Of a stretch of DNA of 43,688 bases, positions 1 through 11,033 are shown one piece after another. Position 1 is the stretch's first letter. Each line of letters begins with the position of its first letter. Position numbers and translations under genes: made by a program. The stretch spans positions 46,954,091-46,997,778 of the forward strand of contig NC_057718.1 of the NCBI RefSeq assembly GCF_004010195.1, written 5' to 3'. The stretch is from Chiloscyllium plagiosum. Its lineage: Eukaryota. Under the pieces are notes generated by a model. That model was not told the DNA's origin and ran no database searches. It saw only the letters and a program-made list of their open reading frames with translations.

Positions 1-525
1 GGGTGCAGAGGATGCAATAGATGCAATATCTATTCCATCCTCTCCCCCCGATGTGTCCTCCTCTATATTGGGGAGACAGGCCGGCTACTTGCGGAGCGTT
101 TCAGAGAACACCTCTGGGACACCCGGACCAACCAACCCAACCACCCTGTAGCTCAACATTTCAATTCCCCCTCCGACTCCACCAAGGATATGCAGGTCTT
201 TGGATTCCTCCATCGTCAGACCACAGCGAAACGATGGTTGGAGGAAGAACGCCTCATCTTCTGGCTAGGAACCCTCCAACCACAAGGGATGAACTCGGAT
301 TTCACCAGTTTCCTCATTTTCCCTCCCCCCAGCCTGTCTCAGTCAAATCCATCAAATTCAGCACCGCCTTCCTAACCTGCAATCTTCTTCCTGACCTCTT
401 CGCACCCACCCCAGTCTGACCTATCACCCTCACCTTGACCTCTTTCCACCTATCACATTTCCGATGCCCCTCCCCCAAGTCCCTCCTCCCTACCTTTTAT
501 CTTAGCCTGCTGGAACTTTCTCCTC
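1..525 (+). mobile_element. Penelope-like element 3' part (GIY-YIG endonuclease plus pyrimidine-rich tail), with a fold-back junction at ~27
   Basis: Frame 1 reads IYSILSPRCVLLYIGETGRLLAERFREH...HFNSPS...LEEERLIFWLGTLQPQGMNSDF. Positions 1-27 are roughly the reverse complement of the sequence starting at 28. Confidence 0.85.
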
Positions 526-529
526 GTGG

Positions 530-1294
530 ACAAGTAGATAACTCATTGAAGAGGAGGCTTCACAAACATCCTCATCCTAAATGATGGAAGAGTCCAGCAC
601 ATCAGTGGAAAAAAAAGTTGAAGCATTTGCAGTAATATTCAAACAGAAGGGCCAAGTGGATGATCCATCTTGACTTCCTCCAGCAGTCCCCAGGATCGCA
701 CGTGCCAGTCTTCACCCAATTCAATTCACTCCACGTGATATCAAGAAATGGTCAGAGGCACTAGATACTACAAAGACTATGGGTTCTGACACCATTCCAG
801 TTATAGTACTGAAGACTTGTGCTCTAGAACTTGTCACATCTCTAACCAAGCTGTTCCAGTAAAGTTACAATACTGGCATCTACCTGACAATGTGGAATAT
901 TTACCAAGTGTGTCCTATACATAAAAATCAAGACAAATCTAATCCAGCCAGTTACTGTTTCATCTGTATACGCTTGATCATCAATAGTGAATGGAAGGTT
1001 TTATCAACAGTGCTATCAAGCAGCACCTGCTGAGCAAACACCTGCTCTCTGAACCCCAGTTTGGGTTCCCCAGGGCCACTCAGCTCCTGGCTTCATTACA
1101 ACCTTGATTTAAATATGGACAAAAGAACTGAACTCCAAGGGTGAGGTGACAATGACAGCCATTGATACAAAGGTCACATTCAACTGAGTGTGATTTCCAG
1201 GAGCCCTAGTAAAAGGGAAAACAATAGATATCAGGGGCAAACTCTCTGCTTGTTGGAGTCATACCTGGTTCAAAGGAAGATGGTTGTGGTTGTA
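530..1294 (+). mobile_element. Old CR1/L2-clade LINE ORF2 fragment, 5' part (continues at 3177)
   Basis: Degenerate RT motifs IPVIVLKTCALEL...KLFQ, VCPIHKNQDKSNPASY and PQFGF. It ends at gatggttgtggttgt, which joins tgttggaggtcagtcatc at 3177. Confidence 0.75.
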
Positions 1295-1492
1295 GAGTTA
1301 TAAGCACACAACATCAAATAGGCTCCTCAGCCCACCATGTCAATGGCGACAAACAAATGCTAAACTACCCTAATTATTTGCCTCCACTTGGTCCATAGCC
1401 TACCATGCCCTCGCAATTTATCCAGATGCTTCTTAAATATGTTTCGAGAATACTTGCCTCACCATTCTCTCAGGCAGTACTTTCCATTTATC

Positions 1493-1721
1493 AGTCAAAA
1501 TGTGTGGTGCTGGAAAAGCACAGCCGGTCAGGCGGCATCCAAGGAGCAGAGGAGTCGATGTTTCGAACATAAGCTTTTCGTCACGACATTCCTGATGAAA
1601 AGCCTATGCTCAAAATGTTGACTCTCCTCCTCCTCGGATGCTGCCTGACCTGCTGTGCTTTTCCAGCACCACACTTTTTGACTCTGATCTCCAGTATCTG
1701 CAGTCCTCACTTTTTCCGACC
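1493..1721. mobile_element. Short fold-back Penelope-derived element (inverted pLTR pair) with 11-bp TSD
   Basis: Inverted arms GTGGTGCTGGAAAAGCACAGC / GCTGTGCTTTTCCAGCACCAC. The TSD TTCCATTTATC lies at 1482-1492 and 1722-1732. A decayed CTGATGA hammerhead core is present. Confidence 0.85.
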
Positions 1722-2415
1722 TTCCATTTATCTACCATCCTGTGGATGGTAATTATTTTCCTCAGATCTCCACTGAAGCACTAGCTCCTACGCCTTAGAA
1801 CATTTAATATGAGGAAGAGATTCTCACAATCTACTCTCTGTCTATGCCTCTCCTAATACCTCAATTAGATCCCCCTTCAGCCTGCAGTGTTCCAAGAAAA
1901 ACAAACACAGCCAATCAGTCTCTCCTCATAACAATCCTCTCTTCTTGCACCATACTGGTGAATCTCCTCTGCATCTTCTCGAGCACAATCACATCCTTCT
2001 GATAGTGTAGCAGACAGAACTGCATGCAGTATTGCATGCGTGGCCGAACCAATTCTCTATAAGGTTGTAACAAGACTTCCTCATGTCTCTTTTCTATGCC
2101 CTATCTAATGATGGCAAGCATCCCACATGCTACCTTCTTCACCATTCGTTCTGTGCTGACATCTTCAGGCATCTATGGACTTGTACACCGAGGTCTCTTT
2201 GTTTCTCAGTACTCCTTAGGGACCTATCATCCATGTGTATCCTTCCCCAATTAGACCTTCCAAAGTGTTTCATCTCACACTTTATTAGGGTTAAATTTCA
2301 TCTGCCATTGCTCTGCCTAATTTACCAGCTCATCAACATCAAAATGTAGCCTGAAATTCATATCCAAAGTCTTTAATGTACATAACAAGTAGCAAGGACT
2401 CCAGTGCCAATCCCT

Positions 2416-2619
2416 TGATGGGATGTTTCCATCTATCTGCTGCTGTTGTCCTAGAAGGAAATAATTGTAGGTTTGGAAGGTGCTGTCTAAGGATCTTTGG
2501 TGAATTTCTGCAGTGCATCTTTTAATAATACACACAGCTGCTTTGAGCATTTATGGTGGAGGGAGTCATGTTCATGGTGTCAAGCTTCTTGAGTATTGTT
2601 GGAGCTGCAGTCATCCAGA
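2416..2619 (-). repeat. Local inverted duplicate of 3697-3936 with an internal deletion
   Basis: The reverse complement shares long runs with 3697-3936, e.g. GCAGCAGATAGATGGAAACATCCCATCA and CACCAAAGATCCTTAGACAGCACCTTCCAAACCTACAAT. Confidence 0.8.
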
Positions 2620-3176
2620 TTACTTCCAATTACAAAATAAGTCCTCCACCATCACACTTTACTTCCAAATTTGTAAACCAATTTTGATCCAGTTTGCCAA
2701 CTTGCCTTGAATCCCATGGGCTCTGACCTTTTAGACCAGCCTTCAGCCGTACTGAAGTCTGTGTAAACCACATCAACTGCACTACCCTTATCAATATATT
2801 TAGTCACCTCTTCAAAAAAACTCAAATTGGTCAGACGGAATCTCCCTCTAAGAACTCTGTGCTAAATATCCTCGATCAATCCCTGCCTTTCCAAGTATTG
2901 TTGACTCCTGTCCTTCAGAATTTTTTCCAATAATTTCCGTGCCACTGATGTCAGACTAATTGTTCCGTAATGACCTAACCTGTCCCTGCTGCCGTTCTTA
3001 AACAAATGAACCACATCAGCTATCCTTCAGTCATCTGGCACTTTTCCTGTAACCTTAGGGGATATTAAATATTTCTGCCAGGACCCAGCAATCTCCTCCC
3101 TTGCATTGCTTACCACCCTGGGATACAGCTCATCAACCCCTGGAGATTTACGCACCTGTATGCCTGCGAAAACATC

Positions 3177-4178
3177 TGTTGGAGGTCAGTCATCTCAACT
3201 TCAGGACATCTCTGCATGAGTTCCTCAGGTTAGTGTCCTGGCCCCAAACATCTTCAGCTGCTTGAATGACCTTCCCTTCATCATAAGGTCAGAAACAAAG
3301 GTGTTTGTTGATGAATGTACAATGTTCGGTATGATTTGCGACTCATCTGATACCGAAGCAATCCATGCGCACATCCATTAAGAACTGGACAATATCCATG
3401 GTAGAGACAAGTGGCAAGTAACATTCGCGCCACACAAGTACCAGGCAATAACCATTTTCACAATCTAACTACCACCCTTTGACATTCAATGGTGTTACTC
3501 ACTGAATCCCCTATCAACATCCTGGGGGTTACCATTGATCAGAAACTCAACTGGAACCGCCATATAAATACAGTAGGTAGAAGAGCAAGTCAGAAGCTAG
3601 GAATATTGCGGTGAGTAACCCATCACCTGACTCCCTGAAGCCCATCTACCATCTACAAGGCACAAGTCAGGAGTGTGATGTAATTCTTCCCACTTGTCTG
3701 GATGAGTGCAGCTCCACAATACTCAAGAAGCTTGACACCATTCAGGACAAATCAGTCACTTGACTGTCACCACATCCACGAACATGCACTCCCTCCACCA
3801 TAAATGCTCATAGCAGCAGTGTGTATTTACAAGATGCACTGCAAAAATTCACCAAAGATCCTTAGACAGCACCTTCCAAACCTACAATCACTTCCTTCTA
3901 GGACAACTGCAGCAGATAGATGGAAACATCCCATCATCTGCATGTTCCCTTCTAAGCCTCTCACCATCCACACTTGGAAAAATATTACCATTCCTTCATT
4001 TTTGCTGGGTCAAAATCCTAGAATTCCCTTCCCAGTGGTATTTTGGATCTACTTATACCACGTAAACTGCAGCAGTTCAAGAAGGCAGCTCACCATCATC
4101 TTGTCAAGGGCTACTGGGGATGGGCAATAAATGCTAGCCAGCGAGCAATGCCTATGTTCCACAAGTGAATAAAAAAAT
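3177..4178 (+). mobile_element. Old CR1/L2-clade LINE, 3' part to tail
   Basis: Motifs VPQVSVLAPNIFSC, FVDECTM (a decayed FADD), KWQVTFAPHK and TIYKAQVRSVM. It ends in GGGCAATAAATGCT...GTGAATAAAAAAA. Confidence 0.8.
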
Positions 4179-4179
4179 T

Positions 4180-4422
4180 GCTTCAACATCACCATATTGC
4201 CATGCATGATTAGCTTGAACTTATCCAAGAATCTTGTTATAATGCCTGTAGAATTAGCTTACAAATATTTTCTCTACGACAGATGGTAAGCTAACTGGTC
4301 TATAGTTTCCTGCTTTCGACCTCCTTCCCTTTTGAATAAAAGGGTTCTATTAGCTATTTCCAATCTAAAGGAACTGTTCCTGAATCTAATGGGACTTGGA
4401 AAACTAAAAACATCAACTATTT
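4180..4422 (-). mobile_element. CR1 RT fragment, inverted relative to the adjacent CR1 3' end
   Basis: The minus strand reads LDSGTVPLDWKIAN and GNYRPVSL-like motifs. Confidence 0.7.
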
Positions 4423-5031
4423 CTGGAAAAAGAAGCAGATAACCTAAATGGTGAGCAATTGCAGAACTGTGAGAGGCCGTGAGATGGGTATTCTAGTGCA
4501 CGGATGATTTAGGATTAGTGTGCAGGTATGGCAAGTAATCCAGAAATCTAAAAGAATGTTATGATTTATTGTGAAGGAAATTGATTGCAAGACTAGGAAG
4601 TTACGCTTCAGTTATACAGGGCATTGGAGAGAACACATCTGGGAGAACTGTGTGCAGTAATGGTCAACATATTTACGTATGGATGCTTGTGCATTTGAAG
4701 TAGTTCAGAAGATTCACTAAATTAATATCTGAATGAGCAGATTGTCTTATGAGTAAAGGCTAGACTGTGAGACCTGTATCCTCCGGAGTTTAGAAGAGAC
4801 AGAGTTGATATAATTGGACCACTTTCAGATCATAAGGAAACTTGGACTGATGGATGTGGAAAGGATGTTCCTCTTGTGGGCAATCAAGAATGAGAGGTCA
4901 TAGTTTTAGGTAAGGGATAATGGGGGAGATAGACAGATTTTTAATTAGTCATGGTAAAAAGGTTTTGGAGAGGGGCAGGAAAATAGTTCAGGCTGAGATG
5001 ATGTCAGCATGATTGCATTAAATAGTACAGT
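4423..5031 (+). mobile_element. CR1 3' end, interrupted by the composite Penelope insertion (tail resumes at 6794-6860)
   Basis: Degenerate LQLYRAL...HL, LSYE and FRRD motifs. The CR1 tail reads continuously once 5032-6793 and one TSD copy are removed. Confidence 0.8.
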
Positions 5032-5054
5032 TCGCCGAGCTGGAAGTTTTTGTT

Positions 5055-5094
5055 GCAAACGTTTCGTCCCCTGTCTAGGTGACATCCTCAGTGC
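5055..5094 (-). ncRNA. Minimal hammerhead ribozyme motif (left pLTR copy)
   Basis: Exact reverse complement of 6685-6724. Confidence 0.78.
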
Positions 5095-6142
5095 TTGGGA
5101 GCCTCCTGTGAAGCGCTTCTGTGGTGTTTCCTCCGGCATTTATAGTGGCCTGTCCCTGCCGCTTCCGTTATTCAGTAGAGCAGTTAGTGAAGTTAATTGA
5201 CTGAATGGGGTTAAAATGAAATTTGAAACTTAATGCATTTGTCTTTTTTCCACTATTATGTTATGTATCACCAATCTCATTGGTTTAATTTTAACTGAAG
5301 ACATTTAAATTTCCTAAAGTGATCAGTGTTAAACTCCACAGTAACAGAGGGCTTGCTGTAAGTCAGATTTACTTAGAAATTCTAACTTAGTTATTACATT
5401 AGAGGTTCATTTTCAGGTCTACACATCTCTGTAACAATGTACTTATCGATTATTCATTAGAATATATCCATAAGTTATGAACTGAATAAAGTTTTGATAT
5501 TGTTATGATAATTCTAAGTGTGGACTATCAAATATACTGCTGTCATCAAATATATCTGGGACCCGTAATGGACTAAAATTTTTTTTTGAAAGGAAGAATC
5601 ATGGACCTAAAATGGCTACAGTTGTCAGCTGACTACTGATTAAGGCAAGCTTAGTGAGATCCATGTGGCATCAACAAAACTGTCTGCACTGAAATTGCCA
5701 TCTCTTTCTAAAACTATCAATACCAGGCAACTGAATCAGAGTCATTTCACCTACATTTCGTATTTTAATTTGTACTTTCATTGGACAATGAAAGGTTCGA
5801 CTGCCGGTTAGCCTGCTTATAAAGGCATTGGGACCAGATTCAGGAATGTATACTAAACTGTGTTTCTATTTGCTACAGAGCAAATAGAAATAACATGGAT
5901 TAGTAACATCAGGGACTGAAAGGTTTTCTGCATACTGTTTATATCATCATCTTGAAAATAGCACTGAATGGATAAGCAAATTGAGGAAGCAGCCTTCATT
6001 GAACACTCAATATCTACAAACTTCACCACTATTGATGATACCAATCAATAATCAAACAAATATAGTCTCAAAGTTTGGGTGAAGATTTGTAGCTCGGGTG
6101 CTCGTTGTTGTGGTTCTGTTCGCCGAGCTGTAAGTTTTTGTT

Positions 6143-6182
6143 GCAAACGTTTCGTCCCCTGTCTAGGTGACTTCCTCAGTGC
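6143..6182 (-). ncRNA. Minimal hammerhead ribozyme motif (middle pLTR copy)
   Basis: Same as 6685-6724 except for A instead of T after CTGAGGA. Confidence 0.75.
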
Positions 6183-6684
6183 TTGGGAGCCTCCTGTGAA
6201 GTGCTTCTGTGGTGTTTCCTCCGGCATTTATAGTGGCCTGTCCCTGCCGCTTCCTGTTGTCAGTTTCAGCTGTTCACTGTAGTGGTTGGTATATTGGGTC
6301 CAGGTCTATGTGTTTGTTGATGGGGTTTGTGGATGAGTGCCTGCTATATAGGACAAACAGGAAGACAGCTAACGATCCGCATCCACGAACATCAACTAGC
6401 CACGAAGCGACCAGCTATCCCTAGTAGCCACACACGCAGACAACAGCAACATGAATTTGACTGGGACAACACTACCATTATAGGGCAAGCGAAACAAAGA
6501 ACAGCCAGGGAATTCCTAGAAGCATGGCACTCATCCACAAACTCCACCAACAAACACATAGACCTGGACCCAATATACCGGCCACAACAGCGGACAGCTG
6601 AAACTGACAACTGGAAGCGGCAGGGACAGGCCACTATAAATGCCGGAGGAAACACCACAGAAGCGCTTCACAGGAGGCTCCCAA

Positions 6685-6724
6685 GCACTGAGGATGTCAC
6701 CTAGACAGGGGACGAAACGTTTGC
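6685..6724 (+). ncRNA. Minimal type-I hammerhead ribozyme motif in the PLE pLTR
   Basis: GCA-CTGAGGA-T-GTCACC-TAGACA-GGGGAC-GAAAC-GTT-TGC. Stem I is GCA/TGC, the core is CUGANGA plus GAAA, stem II is GUC/GAC, and the predicted cleavage triplet is GUU. Minimal hammerheads are an established feature of PLE pLTRs. Confidence 0.8.
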
Positions 6725-6929
6725 AACAAAAACTTCCAGCTCGGCGAACAGAACCACAGCAACGAGCACCCGAGCTACAAATCCTCTCACAAACATTAAA
6801 TAGTACAGTAGGCGTGAGGGGCTGAATTGCCTATTTCTGCTCCTCATTCTTCTATTTCCATATATACATTTGAATTAGATGTTTGGAAATTACAAAATTC
6901 AATTAGGGTTAGCATTAAAAGTATGTGAA

Positions 6930-8210
6930 TCAGTCAGAATGTAACAAGTAGAGTGTCATTTTGAAAAGTAGGAAGCTTTGTACCTTAATGCACAAAGTAT
7001 GTGGAATAAGGTAGATGAACTGACGGCACAAATCCAGTTAAGTGGATATGATCTTATCGCTATTATAGAGACATGGTTAATGGAGATCAAAACTGGGAAC
7101 TGAACATTCATGGATATTTTGACCTTTCGGAAAGACAGGACGGAAGGTAAAGGTATTGAGGTAACACTATTAGAAAGAAATTAAATGAAGACATCTGCAA
7201 GAGATGATTTAGGCTCAGGTGATACAGAGTCGAATAGTGTGGCGCTGGAAAAGCACAGCCATTCAGGCAGCATCCGAAGAGCAGAAGAGTCGACACTTCA
7301 GGCATAAGCCTTGCATCAGGAATGCAGATGATAATGAGTCCATTTAGGTGAAGGTGAATAATAAGGTAAAGAAGACATTGGTAAGAGTAACCAGTAACCC
7401 CAAGAGTAACCCCAAACAGTAACCATGCTGTAGAAAAGACCATTAATTAATAAATAATAGGAGCATGTTTAAAAAAAGCAATAATTAATGGGTGATTTTA
7501 ATCTTCTTGCTGATCGGGTCAATTAGATTTGAAAGGGTAATTACAACAAAAATTCATAGAGTGCATTAAGGATAATTTCCTAAAGGAAAATGTCATGGAA
7601 CCAACCACAGAGCAGGCTACCTTGGATCAGGTCATGGAATGGCAGGTTTAATAAATAACTATAGAATAAAAGATCCTCTAGGAGGTAGTGATAATAGCAT
7701 GATGGAATTTGCTATTCAATTTGAGACTGAGAAACAAGTCAGAAACAACTGTATTTAACTTTTGGGAATAACAATGAAATGAGGATAGAGTTAGCCAAAG
7801 TAAACTGGACAGATAGATTAACAGAAAAATCAGTAAGCAAGCAGTGGAATACATTTAAGGAAGTAATTCATGACTCAGCAAAAATATATCCCAGTAAGGA
7901 GGATTAAATCAACATGGATAATCAATGAAGTTAGGAAGAGTATTAAGTCGAATGGAAAAGCATATAAGGAGGCAAAAGCCAGTGATAGCACCAAAGACTG
8001 GGATTAATTCAGAATCCAGCAAAGGACGACTAAGACAGAGAAAATATATTACTGGGACAAACTAGGAAGAAACTTAAAAACTGACCTTAACAGCTTCTTT
8101 AAATATATAAAAAAGTCAGTGAACCTAGGCTCCTTAAACAATTAATATGGGGAGATAGTTATCAGGACCAAGGAAATGACAGTAGCGTTAAACAGATATT
8201 TTTCATCAAG
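6930..8210 (+). mobile_element. Degenerate CR1 ORF2 5' part (APE endonuclease and linker), with a PLE pLTR fragment inside at ~7228-7325
   Basis: Motifs LYLNAQSMWNKVDEL...YDLIAIIETWL, MGDFNL, EPTTEQATLD and PLGGSDN, with multiple stops and frameshifts. Confidence 0.8.
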
Positions 8211-8329
8211 ACCTGCTGGATAGGTCTATGACAGGTGGTGAGCCAACAATAGGGAAAAACCTACATGACATTTCCTCATTAATCTACTTGCCACAGATTC
8301 ATCAAAGACACAATCATAGGAGTGACTAT

Positions 8330-8780
8330 TGCATAGTTCTTATGCGCAAGACCTGGACAACATTCAGTCATGGGCTGATAAGTGGCAAGTAACATTTGCA
8401 CCACACAAGTTCATGGCAATAGCCATCTACAACGTAAAAAAGGTTAACAATCCCCCTTGACATTCAATAGCATTACTATGGCTAATTTTCACATTTCTGG
8501 GGGTTACCACTGACCAGAAGCTCAATTTGACCAACCAAATGAATACTGTTGCTGCAAGAGCAGATCAGATGTTGGGAACTCTACAGCGAGTAAGTCACCT
8601 TGTGACTCCCCAAAGCCTGTCCACCATCTACAAGGCATAAGTCAGGAGTGTGATGGAATACTCTTCTCTTGTCTGGATGAGTGCAGCTCCAAGAATACTC
8701 AAGAAGCTTGACACCATCAAGGACAAAGTAGTCTGCTTCATTTGTACCCATCTGGTATGTCAAACATTCATTCCTTACAG
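8330..8780 (+). mobile_element. Old CR1/L2-clade LINE 3' fragment (same family as 3177-4178)
   Basis: Motifs WADKWQVTFAPHK and MEYSSLVWMSAAPRILKKLDTIKDK. Confidence 0.75.
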
Positions 8781-8953
8781 GAGACAAAATTCTTTTGAAT
8801 ACTTCAAATTATTGCTCAGAATTAAAATGTGGTGTTAAGCAGCGAGTGGAACCTTATAGCAAAATGCATCTGTTATGAACAAAGTACAACTAACTTCTCC
8901 ACTAAGATGCACCGGTAATTTCATACTACTGGTGCAGTTTCAGATACTTGTTA

Positions 8954-8959
8954 TTTATT
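8954..8959 (-). terminator. Candidate polyadenylation signal (AATAAA) for the TMEM39B 3' UTR
   Basis: TTTATT on the plus strand, about 480 nt past the TMEM39B stop. A closer ATTAAA lies at 9350-9355. These are motif matches only. Confidence 0.3.
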
Positions 8960-9441
8960 CAACAAATCATCTGCGTACACTCAAAACAAAAATGAATCCC
9001 TTTTTAGTTCAATTTTTACTGAAATTAGTGGGAGATTGTCTGCTTCAACTTTTATGGAAAGTAGGTATGGTCTAGTAAGTCTTCTCGGTGGAAGTGCCTT
9101 CATTGTCAAAGTGAATTACCAAGATAAAAAGCAAAGAGTGCGGATGCTGCAGGTGTGCCAGCATCTGTGGAAAGAAAGCAGAATCAATGTTTAGGCTACA
9201 GTGACCCTTTAGAAAATCCTCATCTTTTTTCCCCCTAAACCATTTCACATTATAAAGTACATGAACTGGATAAGGCTATTTCAGCAGTAAAATCATACAA
9301 AAATAAAACATCAGCAGCAAATAACAATGATCCAGAGATATAAAAATATTTTAATGACAGTTACATGAAAAACAAGCATTTGTAACAAAAATACAAAGCT
9401 CTGATTGCTAACAGATTTGAGGGTGTGGAAAATAGAAGATT

Positions 9442-9711
<270 letters not shown>

Positions 9712-9974
9712 CTAGAATTAGCACAAGGAATGTACAATAATGCTTACTTTCATGAGTCATTAAAAATTACGATTTGATTTGCTGCTACTGGAAATAAACA
9801 GTGGGTGAAGCAGGAACAGTGGAGAGAGATGGAGGCAAAATCTGAAGTCAATCAGAACTGAGAAATGACAGAAAAATAAAAGATTTTGAACAAGTGAAAG
9901 GTCGTGCAGGATGGGGAGAACAAAAGGCAAGGTCTGTAATAAAATAGAGAGCAGAGAGATTCAATGACAAAAAG

Positions 9975-10685
9975 TTTTATAAGGCCATTAAAAGCAGGAG
10001 CAGAAGTAGACCATTCAACAAGATCATGGCGAGAATGACGAGAACGAGGGTAGGTCCGATCAAGGACAGTAGTGGGAGACTGTGTATTGAGTCGGGAGAG
10101 GTCTTGAATGAGAGGGACCGTATTGTTGAAGAGGAGAGTGTGAAACGGACTGGTAAGCTAGAAGAGATACTTGTTAGGAAGGAAGATGTGTTGGACATTT
10201 TGAACAACTTGAGGATAGACAAGTCCCCGGGCCTGACGGGATATATCCTAGGATTATGTGGGAAGCAAGAGAGGAAATTGCAGAACAGTTGGCAGTGATC
10301 TTTTTGTCTTCACTGTCAACGGGGGTGGTACCAGAGGACTGGAGAGTGGCAAATGTTGTGCCCCTGTTCAAAAAAGGGAATAGGGATAACCCCGGGAATT
10401 ACAGGCCAGTTAGTCTTACTTCGGTGGTAGGCAAAGTAATGGAAAGGGTACTGAGAGATAGGATTTATGAGTATCTGGAAAGACACTGCTTGATTAAGGA
10501 CAGCCAGCACGGATTTGTGAAGGGGAGGTCTTGCCTTACAAGTCTTATTGAATTCATCGAGGAGGTGACCAAGCATGTGGAAGAGGGTAGAGCAGTGGAT
10601 GTAGTGTACATGGAATTTAGTAAGGCATTTGATAAGGTTCCCCATGGTAGGCTGATGCGGAAAGTCAGGAGGCATGGGAGAGAGG
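9975..10685 (+). mobile_element. Young CR1 LINE ORF2 (RT N-terminal half), truncated by the gap
   Basis: Motifs DKSPG, VPEDWRVANVVPLFKKGNRDNPGNYRPVSLTSVVGK, SQHGFVKGRSCLTSLIEF and FSKAFDKVPH. Confidence 0.93.
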
Positions 10686-11033
10686 NNNNNNNNNNNNNNN
10701 NNNNNNNNNNNNNNNNNNNNNNNNNNNNNNNNNNNNNNNNNNNNNNNNNNNNNNNNNNNNNNNNNNNNNNNNNNNNNNNNNNNNNNNNNNNNNNNNNNNN
10801 NNNNNNNNNNNNNNNNNNNNNNNNNNNNNNNNNNNNNNNNNNNNNNNNNNNNNNNNNNNNNNNNNNNNNNNNNNNNNNNNNNNNNNNNNNNNNNNNNNNN
10901 NNNNNNNNNNNNNNNNNNNNNNNNNNNNNNNNNNNNNNNNNNNNNNNNNNNNNNNNNNNNNNNNNNNNNNNNNNNNNNNNNNNNNNNNNNNNNNNNNNNN
11001 NNNNNNNNNNNNNNNNNNNNNNNNNNNNNNNNN
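10686..11033. other. Scaffold gap (348 N)
   Basis: A run of N flanked on both sides by plus-strand CR1 ORF2 sequence. Confidence 0.99.

Larger units (their letters stand above)
1295..3176 (-). mobile_element. Degenerate CR1 LINE nested in the older LINE
   Basis: Reverse-strand CR1 3' tail near 1300 and RT-region motifs (LFKNGSRDR..Y, FFEEVT) near 2800-3050. Confidence 0.75.
5032..6793. mobile_element. Composite Penelope-like insertion: inverted partial pLTR, ~0.9 kb non-repeat DNA, inverted pLTR, then GIY-YIG/pLTR; 16-bp TSD
   Basis: The TSD CATTAAATAGTACAGT lies at 5016-5031 and 6794-6809. GIY-YIG residues YIGQTGRQLTIRIHEHQ...AREFLEAWHS start at 6345. pLTR copies lie at ~5030-5166 (-), ~6070-6344 (-) and within 6345-6794 (+). 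Confidence 0.88.

Noticed and set aside
1493..1721. Long hairpins as miRNA precursors or CRISPR-like repeats
   Set aside because: They are explained by dispersed PLE fold-back insertions with TSDs. There is no repeat-spacer periodicity and the context is eukaryotic.
9770..9860. Possible exon after tttctcag on the minus strand (candidate FLVCR1 exon 9)
   Set aside because: The translation does not match the expected LIKSDLRR-type sequence, and the region looks like a decayed PLE remnant.
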